Shown here: one piece after another, positions 48,513 through 57,624 of the stretch
Numbering within the stretch: position 1 is the stretch's first letter
Layout of the letters: each line of letters starts with the position of its first letter
NCBI GenBank assembly: GCA_024636555.1
Contig: JAGXGW010000025.1
Coordinates: 1,543-65,542 of the forward strand
Direction: 5' to 3'
Origin: Paracoccaceae bacterium
Lineage (GTDB): Bacteria > Pseudomonadota > Alphaproteobacteria > Rhodobacterales > Rhodobacteraceae
Length of the DNA stretch: 64,000 nt
The notes under the pieces: model-generated
Told to the model about the DNA's origin: nothing
Seen by the model: only the letters and a program-made list of their open reading frames with translations
The model's database searches: none
Position numbers and translations under genes: made by a program

Positions 48513-50087
48513 ATGAAACTGATAACACGCTTCATGGGTACGGCGGTATTTGCCACCGCTGCCCTGTTCACGGCCCTGCCCTCCGCCCCTGTGCATGCCG
48601 AAGGCGGCACGCTTGTGATCGTCGGCAGTCAGGTGCCGCGCCATCTGAACGGGGCGGTGCAATCCGGTATTGCCACCGCCGTACCCTCGACGCAGATTTT
48701 CGCCTCGCCGCTGCGCTATGACGCGGACTGGACGCCCCAGCCCTATCTGGCCGAAAGCTGGGAAATGGCCGAGGACGGGCTGAGCCTGACACTCAATCTG
48801 GTGCAAAACGCCACCTTCCACGACGGAGAGCCTGTCACATCGGCGGATGTCGCCTTTTCGATCATGACGATCAAGGAAAACCATCCGTTTCAGTCGATGT
48901 TCGCCCCTGTCGAGGGTGTGGACACGCCGGACGAGCATACCGCCGTGATCCGCCTGAGCCAGCCGCATCCTGCGCTTTTGCTGGCCCTGTCGCCCGCACT
49001 GGCCCCGATCCTGCCCAAGCATATCTTTGATGACGGGCAGGACGTGAAGGCGCACAGCGCCAATGCGATGCCAATCGGGTCCGGCCCGTTTAAGGTTACC
49101 GAGTTCACGCCGGGCGAGGCGATCATCCTGCAAAAGAACCCCGACTTCTTTTTGGAGGGCCGCCCCAAGCTTGACGAGATCATCATCCGGATCATCCAGG
49201 ACCCCTCGGCCATGGTGATCGCGATGGAGAATGGCGAGGCGGATATGTATCCGTTCCTCGCAGGCAGTCAGGATGTCCGCAGGCTGGAACGGGTGGACAG
49301 CCTGACCATCACGAACGAGGGCTATGCGGGTATCGGCCCGATCAACTGGCTGGCGTTCAACACCGCCTCCCCCAAGCTGAGCGATGTGCGCGTGCGGCAG
49401 GCGATTGCCTATGCGATCGACCGCGATTTCATCACCAACGCGCTGCACCGTGGCGTCTCGACCCAGCAGCGCGGCCCCATCATCGAAAGCAGCCCGTTCT
49501 TCGACGAGACGGTCGAGCCCTTCAACGTGGATCTCGACAAGGCGCGTGCGCTGATGGCCGAGGCGGGCGTGACAGACGGTCTGGAACTGACGGTCGATTA
49601 CATCCCCGGCCCGGCGGAGCAGCAGCGCACCGTGGCCGAATACCTCAGATCGCAGCTTGAGCAGATCGGTATCAACGTGTCCGTGCGCGCGGCACCCGAT
49701 TTCCCGACATGGGCAGGCCGTGTCGGCGGGCATGATTTCGAACTGTCCATGGATAACGTGTTCAACTGGGGCGATCCGGTGATCGGGGTGCACCGCACCT
49801 ATCTGACAGACAATATCCGGCAGGGGGTGATCTGGTCGAACACGCAAAGCTATTCGAACGCGCGGGTTGACGAGATTCTGGCGGCAGCCGCTGTCGAGCT
49901 GGACGAGGCCAAGCGCAAGGAACTCTACAGCGAGTTCCAGCAGATCGTGGTCGGCGAGGTACCGGTCTACTTTATCAACGCCACGCCTTACCACACCGCC
50001 TATGACAGCCGGATGGTCAACCCGCCGCTGGGGATCTGGGGGCCGATGCACCCGATGGACATGATCGAAATGCCGCGGGGTGATTAA
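48513..50087 (+). CDS. Peptide/nickel-type (family 5) ABC substrate-binding protein
   Basis: Signal peptide; PYLAESW, FHDG..VTSADVAFS, GSGPF and DVRVRQAI motifs. Confidence 0.93.
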   Translation: MKLITRFMGTAVFATAALFTALPSAPVHAEGGTLVIVGSQVPRHLNGAVQSGIATAVPSTQIFASPLRYDADWTPQPYLAESWEMAEDGLSLTLNLVQNATFHDGEPVTSADVAFSIMTIKENHPFQSMFAPVEGVDTPDEHTAVIRLSQPHPALLLALSPALAPILPKHIFDDGQDVKAHSANAMPIGSGPFKVTEFTPGEAIILQKNPDFFLEGRPKLDEIIIRIIQDPSAMVIAMENGEADMYPFLAGSQDVRRLERVDSLTITNEGYAGIGPINWLAFNTASPKLSDVRVRQAIAYAIDRDFITNALHRGVSTQQRGPIIESSPFFDETVEPFNVDLDKARALMAEAGVTDGLELTVDYIPGPAEQQRTVAEYLRSQLEQIGINVSVRAAPDFPTWAGRVGGHDFELSMDNVFNWGDPVIGVHRTYLTDNIRQGVIWSNTQSYSNARVDEILAAAAVELDEAKRKELYSEFQQIVVGEVPVYFINATPYHTAYDSRMVNPPLGIWGPMHPMDMIEMPRGD

Positions 50088-50120
50088 GCTCGGCAACTGA
50101 GCCGGGCAACCGGCAATACC

Positions 50121-50155
50121 ATGCGGACCGGAGCGGTTTTTCCTCCGGTCCGCAT
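50121..50155 (+). terminator. 13-bp perfect stem-loop after the SBP gene (mRNA stabiliser or partial terminator)
   Basis: ATGCGGACCGGAG-N9-CTCCGGTCCGCAT. Confidence 0.6.
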
Positions 50156-50192
50156 CCCCACCCTTTTCCGTCATGGCAATCAGGCAGGTGAT

Positions 50193-51170
50193 ATGAGCGC
50201 GTCATTCCTCTTCCGGCGACTGGTCTACGGCCTGATCCTGATGCTGGGGGTAGTGGTGCTGAACTTTCTGCTGATCCGGCTGGCCCCCGGTGATCCTGCC
50301 ATGGTGATCGCGGGCGAGATGGGGGGCGGCGATCAGGCGCTGCTGGACGCGATCCGCACGCAATACGGGCTGGACCGGCCCTTGCTGACGCAGCTTGGCA
50401 TCTATCTGGGCAATGTGCTGCGCGGCGATCTGGGGCAGTCCTATTTCTTCAACCAACCCGTGGCCACGCTGATCGGCAACCGGATCGGTCCGACGATCCT
50501 GCTCGTGCTCAGCGCACAGGTCCTGTCGATCTTGCTGGGCGTATTCCTGGGCGTGATCGCGGCGCGCAAGCCCAACGGGGCGCTGTCGGGCTTTGTCTCG
50601 GTGGTGGCGACGGTGGGCTATGCGGTGCCGGTGTTCTGGACGGGCATCATGCTGATCATCCTGTTTGCCAGCGTGTTCCCGATTTTCCCTGTCGAGGGCA
50701 TGCAATCGGTACGGCTGCGCGGTGCCGGCTTCTGGGTCAAGGCCGTGGATATCGCGCATCATCTGGTGCTGCCCGCCTTCACGCTGGCGCTGATCTATCT
50801 GGCGCAATACGCCCGCCTCAGCCGTGCCTCGATGCTCGAGGTGCTGGGCTCGGACTATATCCGCACGGCGCGGGCCAAGGGCGCATCGGAACGCGCGGTC
50901 CTGTTCAAACATGCGCTGCGCAATGCCTCCCTGCCGATTCTGACCGTGGCGGGACTGCAATTCGGCAACCTGATTTCCGGCGCGCTGCTGGTCGAGACGG
51001 TGTTCAACTGGCCCGGCATGGGGCGGCTTGCGTTCGAGTCGATCCTGCGGCGGGATTATCCCACGATCCTCGGCGTGCTGTTCTTTGCCAGCGCGATGGT
51101 GGTGGTGGCGAACCTGCTGACCGATCTGAGCTACCGGCTGGCGGACCCGCGCCTGCGGGGCAAGACATGA
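50193..51170 (+). CDS. ABC permease (DppB-like)
   Basis: APGDP, GDLGQS, DYIRTARAKG, KHALRNA, ETVFNWPGMG and RDYP motifs. Confidence 0.94.
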   Translation: MSASFLFRRLVYGLILMLGVVVLNFLLIRLAPGDPAMVIAGEMGGGDQALLDAIRTQYGLDRPLLTQLGIYLGNVLRGDLGQSYFFNQPVATLIGNRIGPTILLVLSAQVLSILLGVFLGVIAARKPNGALSGFVSVVATVGYAVPVFWTGIMLIILFASVFPIFPVEGMQSVRLRGAGFWVKAVDIAHHLVLPAFTLALIYLAQYARLSRASMLEVLGSDYIRTARAKGASERAVLFKHALRNASLPILTVAGLQFGNLISGALLVETVFNWPGMGRLAFESILRRDYPTILGVLFFASAMVVVANLLTDLSYRLADPRLRGKT

Positions 51171-51201
51171 GCCGGACAGTAAAGACTTGTGCGCGAACGG
51201 A

Positions 51202-51270
51202 CGGGGGGCCAGCCCCCCGCGTCGAACCCTGTTCGACGCTCCCCCCGGGATATTTCGGGCAAGAAGAAAC
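51202..51270 (-). repeat. Most complete copy of intergenic repeat: core plus two hairpins
   Basis: Minus-strand core GTTTCTTCTTGCCCGAAATATCC (51248-51270), then CGGGGGG. Plus-strand stems GCGTCGAAC/GTTCGACGC and CGGGGGGC/GCCCCCCG. Inserted between two ABC permease genes. Confidence 0.8.
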
Positions 51271-51285
51271 ACGAAAGGGCAACGT

Positions 51286-52155
51286 GTGACCGAGGCAGTG
51301 GATTTCAAACCGGAAAGCCCCGCGCGCGAGGCGTGGCGCATGTTCCGCCGCAATATCCCCGCGCTGGCGGGGGTGGTGGTGCTGACGATCATCGTCGCCG
51401 CGACCCTGTGGGGGACGTTCTTTTACGACGGCAATCCCTATCGGATCGTCTGGGCCCCGCATGAGGCACCCGGCATGACGCCGGACTTTCCGCTGGGCAC
51501 GGATTACCTGGGCCGCGATATCTTTGCCGGGCTGATCGCGGGCGGTGGGCCTACATTGGCTGTGGGCGCTGCGGCGGCGGCGATCACCATGGTGATCGGT
51601 GTCAGCCTTGGCGCGCTGGCCGGATTTTACGGCGGCTGGATCGACAACCTGCTGATGCGGATCACCGAGTTCTTTCAGGTGCTGCCGACACTTTTGTTCG
51701 CGATGGTGCTGGTTACGCTGTTCTCGCCCACGCTGACGACCATTGCGCTAGCCATCGGCATTGTCAGTTGGCCGCAAACCGCGCGCCTGACCCGCGCCGA
51801 GGTGATGAAGATCAAGGAACTGGAATATGTCACCGCCGCCCGCGCCATCGGGGCCAGGAACCGGCGCATCATCTGGACGGTGATCCTGCCCAATGCGGCA
51901 CCGCCCCTGATCGTGTCGGCAACGCTGACCATCGGAGTGGCGATCCTGTTCGAGGCGGGGCTGTCCTTTCTGGGGCTGGGCGATCCCAATACAATGAGCT
52001 GGGGGCTGATGATTGGCACCAACCGCGCCTATATTCTGGAGGCGTGGTGGCCTGTCACCTTTCCCGGCCTTGCGATTTTCCTGACAGTGTTTTCCGTCAG
52101 TCTGATCGGAGACGGTCTGAACGACGCGTTCAACCCGAAGCTGAGGGAAAGATGA
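51286..52155 (+). CDS. ABC permease (DppC-like)
   Basis: GTG start after AAAGGG; LGTDYLGRD, YVTAARAIGA, ILPN and EAGLSFLGLG motifs. Confidence 0.93.
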   Translation: MTEAVDFKPESPAREAWRMFRRNIPALAGVVVLTIIVAATLWGTFFYDGNPYRIVWAPHEAPGMTPDFPLGTDYLGRDIFAGLIAGGGPTLAVGAAAAAITMVIGVSLGALAGFYGGWIDNLLMRITEFFQVLPTLLFAMVLVTLFSPTLTTIALAIGIVSWPQTARLTRAEVMKIKELEYVTAARAIGARNRRIIWTVILPNAAPPLIVSATLTIGVAILFEAGLSFLGLGDPNTMSWGLMIGTNRAYILEAWWPVTFPGLAIFLTVFSVSLIGDGLNDAFNPKLRER

Positions 52156-53126
52156 GCGCGCTGCTGGAGATCCAGAACCTGCGCGTCACGTTCAACACGC
52201 GCCACGGCCCTGTCACCGCGCTGGATTCGGTGTCCTTGCAGGTCAATGCGGGCGAGACATTGGGCGTGGTCGGCGAAAGCGGCTGCGGCAAGTCGATCAC
52301 GGCGCTGTCGGTGATGGGGCTGATCCCCAGCCCGCCGGGGCGTATTGCGGGCGGTGCGATCCGGTTGGCGGGCGAGGATCTGACCCGCGTCTCCGAGGCG
52401 CGGATGCGGGCGCTGCGCGGGGCCGAGATGGCAATGATCTTTCAGGAGCCGATGACCAGCCTCAATCCGGTATTCACCGTGGGTGACCAGATCGCCGAAG
52501 CGATCATGCTGCACCAGAAAGTGGGCCATGCGCAGGCCTTCCGCGATGCGGTGGCGCTGCTGGACCGTGTGGGTATCCCCAGCCCCGAGAGGCGGGCGCG
52601 GGATTATCCGCACCAGTTATCCGGCGGCATGCGCCAGCGGGTGATGATCGCCATGGCCGTCAGTTGCCGCCCCAAGGTGCTGATCGCGGACGAGCCGACC
52701 ACGGCGCTGGATGTGACGGTGCAGGCGCAGATCTTCGACCTGCTGAACGAGATACAGCGCGATTTCGGCGCGGCGATTATCCTGATCACCCATGACATGG
52801 GGGCAATCTCGGAAATGGCCGACCGCGTGGCGGTGATGTATGCGGGCCGCGTGATCGAACAGGCCAGCGCCGATGATGTGCTGGACCATCCGCAGCATCC
52901 CTACACGCGTGGGCTGATCTCCTGCATTCCCGCGCTTGGCAAGGGCGATACGGAACTGCGCGAGATCCCCGGCGTGGTGCCGCCCCTGCATATGCTGGGC
53001 GCAGGCTGCGCCTTTGCCGAGCGCTGCGCGCATCGCTTTGACCGCTGCGATACCGAGAAACCCTCGCTGGTCGATCACGGCCACCATCCTGCCGCCTGTC
53101 ATGCGGTCGAGGAGGGGCGGATATGA
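52152..53126 (+). CDS. ABC ATP-binding protein (DppD-like)
   Basis: Start MSALL overlaps permease stop; [30 protein letters not shown] and C-terminal Cys motif. Confidence 0.95.
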   Translation: MSALLEIQNLRVTFNTRHGPVTALDSVSLQVNAGETLGVVGESGCGKSITALSVMGLIPSPPGRIAGGAIRLAGEDLTRVSEARMRALRGAEMAMIFQEPMTSLNPVFTVGDQIAEAIMLHQKVGHAQAFRDAVALLDRVGIPSPERRARDYPHQLSGGMRQRVMIAMAVSCRPKVLIADEPTTALDVTVQAQIFDLLNEIQRDFGAAIILITHDMGAISEMADRVAVMYAGRVIEQASADDVLDHPQHPYTRGLISCIPALGKGDTELREIPGVVPPLHMLGAGCAFAERCAHRFDRCDTEKPSLVDHGHHPAACHAVEEGRI

Positions 53127-54094
53127 CCGTGCTGCTGGACGTGCAGGACCTGACCGTGCAATTCGCCCTGCCGCGCCAAGGGCTGTTCGGACCCCGCCCT
53201 GTGCTGGAGGCGGTGCGGCAGGTGTCGTTCACGCTGGAACAGGGGCGCGCGCTGGGGATCGTGGGCGAGAGCGGATCGGGCAAGACCACCGCCGCGATGG
53301 CAACGATCCGGCTGGTCGAGGCGGCCAGCGGCAAGGTGATCTTTCAGGGCGAGGATCTGCTGCAACTGGATGCCGAGGCGATGCGCCAGCGCCGCCGCGA
53401 TGTGCAACTGATCTTTCAGGACCCCTATTCCAGCCTGAACCCGCGTGCCCGCGTCGCCGATATCGTACGCGAGCCGATGGATCTGATGGAGATCGGCACA
53501 CCCGAGGAGCGCCGCGCCCGCGTGACCGAACTGTTCCGGCTGGTGGGGCTGCGGCCCGATCAACTCAGCCTTTTCCCGCACCAGTTTTCCGGCGGGCAAC
53601 GGCAGCGCATTTCCATCGCCCGCGCTTTGACGACCAACCCCAAGCTGCTGGTGTGCGACGAGCCTGTCTCGGCGCTGGATGTGGCCATTCAGGCGCAGAT
53701 TTTGAACCTGTTGGCGCGGCTAAAAACCGAACTCGGCCTCAGCTATCTGTTCATCAGCCATGATTTGGGCGTGGTGCGGCATGTCTGCGATGATGTGGCG
53801 GTGATGTATCTGGGCAAGATCGTGGAAATGGCCCCGCGCGAGGCGCTGTTCGACGCGCCGCAGCATCCCTATACGCAGGCGCTGCTGTCCGCCGCCCCCA
53901 GTCTGGCGCGGCGCAAATCGCGCGGCTATGTGCGCCCCGTCAAGATCAGCGGCGACCCGCCCAGCCCGATCAACCCGCCCAAGGGCTGCGCCTTTGCCGA
54001 GCGCTGCCCCAAGGCGCAGGAGGTGTGCCGTCGCGTGCAGCCGGTGCTGGAACCGCGCGGCCCAACACAAGTTGCCTGTCACTTTCCAGGGTGA
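53123..54094 (+). CDS. ABC ATP-binding protein (DppF-like)
   Basis: [26 protein letters not shown] and [10 protein letters not shown] motifs. Confidence 0.95.
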   Translation: MTVLLDVQDLTVQFALPRQGLFGPRPVLEAVRQVSFTLEQGRALGIVGESGSGKTTAAMATIRLVEAASGKVIFQGEDLLQLDAEAMRQRRRDVQLIFQDPYSSLNPRARVADIVREPMDLMEIGTPEERRARVTELFRLVGLRPDQLSLFPHQFSGGQRQRISIARALTTNPKLLVCDEPVSALDVAIQAQILNLLARLKTELGLSYLFISHDLGVVRHVCDDVAVMYLGKIVEMAPREALFDAPQHPYTQALLSAAPSLARRKSRGYVRPVKISGDPPSPINPPKGCAFAERCPKAQEVCRRVQPVLEPRGPTQVACHFPG

Positions 54095-55020
54095 TCCGCC
54101 GCCATCCCTGCCTCCATCCCCGCGGCGATCTGCGCGATCTGGCCGCGCAGCCAGCGATGCATCGGCGCGTGGTGGCTGCGGGCTGTCCAGTACAGGTCGA
54201 TCCCGAACGGGGCGGGGAACGGGCAGTCCACCACTTTCAGCCCCGCGCCGAAAAACCGCGCGGTGCGCAGTGGCACGGTGGCGATCAGATCGGTGCCGGG
54301 CAGGATCGCGCCCAGCGTGGCAGGGCTGGGCAGCTCCAGTGCCATATTGGGCACAAGACCCGCCGCCTCCATCTCGACCAGATAGCGCGAGCGCCAGTTG
54401 CCGCCATAGGTCACAACCACCTGCGGCGCGGCGGCAAAGCCTGCGACATCCAGCGGCGCATGGCCCAGCGGATTGTCGGCAGCCATGACGCAGACATAGT
54501 GATCGGCCAGCAGATGACGGCCATAGAAACCGGCATCCTTGATCTGCACCGGGCTGATCAGCAGATCGCTTTCGCCGCGGCTGAGTTGCTCACGCCCCCG
54601 CACCGTCGAGGTGATGACACGGAGTTTCAGTCCCGGTGCCATGCTGCGCAAGCGGCGCACGAGAAGCGGGACCAGCGTTGCGCGCTCATAGTAGTTGCAC
54701 GACAGGGTCACCACCGCCTCGGCGCGGGCGGGCTCAAAAGCGCGGGGCGCTGTCAGGGCCACGAATTCGTCCAGCATCCGCGCGGCCTCGCGCACGATAT
54801 CCTCGCAGCGGTCCGTAGGCACGATTCCCGCACCCTGCCGCACAAAGAGCGGATCGTCAAAGGCGCGGCGCAGCCGGTCGATCGTGTAGCTGACGGACGA
54901 TTGCGTCACGCCCAGCGCTTCGGCCGTCCGCGAAAACGAGCCGTAATCGTGTACAAGCCGCAACACGCGCAGCGCGGTAAAATCAACCGTCATCGGATCG
55001 CTGTCTTTTGATGGTGCCAT
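54079..55020 (-). CDS. LysR-family regulator (NodD/DntR-like aromatic-sensing subgroup)
   Basis: GGAGGGAG RBS; SFSRTAEALGVTQSSVS, FDDPLFVR, LPGTDLIAT and HRWLR motifs; divergent from the P450. Confidence 0.9.
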   Translation of the reverse strand: MAPSKDSDPMTVDFTALRVLRLVHDYGSFSRTAEALGVTQSSVSYTIDRLRRAFDDPLFVRQGAGIVPTDRCEDIVREAARMLDEFVALTAPRAFEPARAEAVVTLSCNYYERATLVPLLVRRLRSMAPGLKLRVITSTVRGREQLSRGESDLLISPVQIKDAGFYGRHLLADHYVCVMAADNPLGHAPLDVAGFAAAPQVVVTYGGNWRSRYLVEMEAAGLVPNMALELPSPATLGAILPGTDLIATVPLRTARFFGAGLKVVDCPFPAPFGIDLYWTARSHHAPMHRWLRGQIAQIAAGMEAGMAADHPGK

Positions 55021-55041
55021 GCGCGTACTCCCTCCGCTCGC

Positions 55042-55080
55042 TATCAGATTATTCGATACCGTCTATCAATTCCATCGGAT
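55042..55080. promoter_or_regulatory. LysR binding sites (ATC-N9-GAT type) between LysR and P450
   Basis: TATC-AGATTATTC-GATA (55042-55058), followed by a weaker ATC-N10-GAT two helical turns downstream. Confidence 0.6.
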
Positions 55081-55143
55081 TGTCATATGCACCCACCTTC
55101 TTGTAATGTCGTCAAACACGCGAGCGCAGGGGAGGGCAGGACC

Positions 55144-56340
55144 GTGACACCGGATACAGCCGCATCACATCAGGCACCTCTGGACGAGGACATCACCATC
55201 GGGCAACTGACGCTGGACCCCTATGCCGTTTACAAACGTCTGCGGGCCGAAGCGCCCGTGCTGCGGGTCAAGGCGGTGGGCCGTACGCTGCTGACCAAGG
55301 CCACGGATACGAAATACGTCAAGGACAACCCCGCGCTGTTCAGCTCCAACGATCCCAACACGCCGATGCAGCGGGCTTTTCGCGCCCATACGCTGATGCG
55401 CAAGGACGGGGCCTACCACGCAGCGGAACGCGGTGCTATGGCGCCTGCCTTTACCGCCCGCAATATCAAGCAATGCTGGGAGCCGATCTATACGAAGATC
55501 GCCGAGGATTACGTCAGCCGCCTGCCGCGTGGCGAGACTGTGGATCTGTTCACGGCGCTGGCGGGGCCGTTCTCGGCGCGCTGCCTGACGCATCTGCTGG
55601 GGATCCCAGAAGCGTCGGACGATGACATGCAGCGCTGGTCGCAGATCCTGATCGACGGGGCGGGCAATTTCGGCTGGACAGACGAGTTGTTCGCGCAATG
55701 CGACGCGGCAAACGACGAGATGGATGCGCTGTTCGACGCGGCCGCCGCGCGGTTGCGGGCAGACCCGGATCAAAGCGCGCTGTCGGTGATGGTGAACGCC
55801 GAAAACCCGATTGCCACAAGCCAGATTTATTCCAACATCAAGATCGCCATCGGCGGCGGCATCAACGAGCCGCGCGATGCGCTGCTGACGATCCTGTATG
55901 GCCTGTTGCAGAATCCCGACCAGTTCGAGGCCGTCAAGCGTGACGGTCTGTGGGGAGACGCTTTCGAGGAAGGGGTGCGCTGGGTTGCGCCGATTCAGGT
56001 CTCCTCGCGGCTGGTGACAGAAGATACCGAGATCCGCGGCTATCATATCCCCAAGGGCGATACAGTGATGACGATCCAGGCCTCGGCCAATCATGACGAG
56101 GAGGTCTACGAGGACGGGCATCTGTACAACATATTCCGCCCGAAACAGCCGCATCAGGCCTTTGGCAATGGGCCGCATTTCTGTCAGGGCACCCATGTAG
56201 CGCGGCGGATGCTGGCCAATATCATGCTGCCGCTGCTGTGCGACCGTTTCCCGAACATGACGATGCCGGACCCTGAGGCCGTGCAGTTCTACGGTTTCGG
56301 GTTTCGCGGGCCGCGCAGCCTGCCCTTGACGCTGAACTGA
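55144..56340 (+). CDS. Cytochrome P450, CYP104 (VirH2/PinF2)/CYP255-like
   Basis: DPY..Y.RLR, I-helix GGGINEPRD, EGVR (ExxR), SANHD, heme motif FGNGPHFCQG, C-terminal FYGFGFRGP; GTG start after GGAGGG. Confidence 0.92.
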   Translation: MTPDTAASHQAPLDEDITIGQLTLDPYAVYKRLRAEAPVLRVKAVGRTLLTKATDTKYVKDNPALFSSNDPNTPMQRAFRAHTLMRKDGAYHAAERGAMAPAFTARNIKQCWEPIYTKIAEDYVSRLPRGETVDLFTALAGPFSARCLTHLLGIPEASDDDMQRWSQILIDGAGNFGWTDELFAQCDAANDEMDALFDAAAARLRADPDQSALSVMVNAENPIATSQIYSNIKIAIGGGINEPRDALLTILYGLLQNPDQFEAVKRDGLWGDAFEEGVRWVAPIQVSSRLVTEDTEIRGYHIPKGDTVMTIQASANHDEEVYEDGHLYNIFRPKQPHQAFGNGPHFCQGTHVARRMLANIMLPLLCDRFPNMTMPDPEAVQFYGFGFRGPRSLPLTLN

Positions 56341-56386
56341 GCGGAAAAACCGGCTTGCAAAGTTGAAAACCGGTGAAAAAAATATC

Positions 56387-56401
56387 GCTATGAGACATAA
56401 T
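56387..56401. promoter_or_regulatory. Candidate CouR/FerR-type MarR operator upstream of TRAP SBP
   Basis: GCTATG-AGA-CATAAT overlapping a CATAAT -10-like hexamer; 11/15 identical to the site at 59446. Confidence 0.55.
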
Positions 56402-56478
56402 CATTTGCGCCAGCGGCAAGTCTGGCACAAACTAACCACAAGGACCGGGGGAGCTGGTCCGTTTCTGGGAGGAAACCG

Positions 56479-57516
56479 ATGAAAAGACGTACCATGATGA
56501 AGACAGTGGCAGCCGCAGCCCTTGCGCTGGGCCTGGCCCCTGCAACCCTTTCCGCGCAGGAGGTGACGCTGCGGCTGCACCAGTTCCTGCCGCCGCCCGC
56601 GCCGGTCCCCGCGCATATCCTCAAGCCCTGGGCCGCTGCGGTAGAGGCGCGGCTGGATGGCAAGCTGAAAATCGAGCATTACGATGCGATGTCGCTGGGC
56701 GGTCGCCCCAATGACCTGATCGATCAGGCGATTGACGGCACGGCCGATCTGATCATGACCGTCGTCGGCTATACGCCCGGTCGCTTCCCCAAGACCGAAG
56801 TGTTCGAACTGCCCTTCATGATGACCAATCCGGTCGCCACCTCGCGCGCATTCTGGCAGCTGACGGAAAGCGAGTTGCAGAACGAGGAATACAAGGATGT
56901 CAAAATCCTCGGTGCATGGGTGCATGGCCCCGGCATGATCCATTCCAAAGAGCCGATCACCAAGCTCGAAGACATCGCAGGCAAGAAACTTCGCGGCCCG
57001 ACCCGCGTGATCACCGACATGCTGAACGAGTTGGGCGCGACGCCTGTCGGCATGCCCCTGCCCGCGATCCCGGAATCGCTGTCCAAAGGCGTGATCGACG
57101 CGACCGTGATTCCGTGGGAGGTGACCACCGCCGTGCGCGTCTCGGAACTGGTGAGCAACCATACCGAGTTCGGCGGGCCGGAAGCGCTTTATACCGCGAC
57201 GATCATTCTGGCGATGAACAAGGACCGGTACGACTCGCTGCCCGAAGACGTGCGCGAAGCCATCGACGCGGAATCCGGCGAGAAACTGTCAGCCTTTGCG
57301 GCACAGGTCATGTGGGATTACGACGCGCCCGCGCGGCAGATCGCCGTGGATCGCGGCAATAACATCACCACGCTGGACGAGACCGAAGTGGCGCGCTGGA
57401 AGGAAAAAGCCCAGCCCGTCATCGAGCGCTGGGTAGCCGACATGGAAACCCGCGATATCGACGGGCAGGCGCTGATCGAGCAGGCCAAGGAACTGATCGT
57501 CGCCAACGGCGGCTGA
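56479..57516 (+). CDS. dctP: TRAP substrate-binding protein (aromatic-acid/TarP-like), orphan
   Basis: Signal peptide; LRLHQFLP, GYTPGRFP, FELPF, KLRGP and LSKGVID motifs; no adjacent dctQM. Confidence 0.9.
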   Translation: MKRRTMMKTVAAAALALGLAPATLSAQEVTLRLHQFLPPPAPVPAHILKPWAAAVEARLDGKLKIEHYDAMSLGGRPNDLIDQAIDGTADLIMTVVGYTPGRFPKTEVFELPFMMTNPVATSRAFWQLTESELQNEEYKDVKILGAWVHGPGMIHSKEPITKLEDIAGKKLRGPTRVITDMLNELGATPVGMPLPAIPESLSKGVIDATVIPWEVTTAVRVSELVSNHTEFGGPEALYTATIILAMNKDRYDSLPEDVREAIDAESGEKLSAFAAQVMWDYDAPARQIAVDRGNNITTLDETEVARWKEKAQPVIERWVADMETRDIDGQALIEQAKELIVANGG

Positions 57517-57536
57517 TCCGGTCACCCCGTGCAAGG

Positions 57537-57572
57537 AAAGGGGCCGTTGGTTGATCCAGCGGCCTCTTTTTT
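57537..57572. terminator. Intrinsic terminator between convergent TRAP SBP and fcs
   Basis: AAAGGGGCCGTTGG...CCAGCGGCCTCTTT hairpin (with G-U pairs) and T6 tail. Confidence 0.75.
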
Positions 57573-57624
57573 ACGACATGGGACGGGAATGGGTATTTCC
57601 GGCAAGATGGAATCCGCCGGAAGC

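Noticed and set aside
5491-51270. Interpreting the 23-nt repeats as CRISPR repeats
   Set aside because: Copies are kilobases apart, in both orientations, with no spacer array or cas genes.
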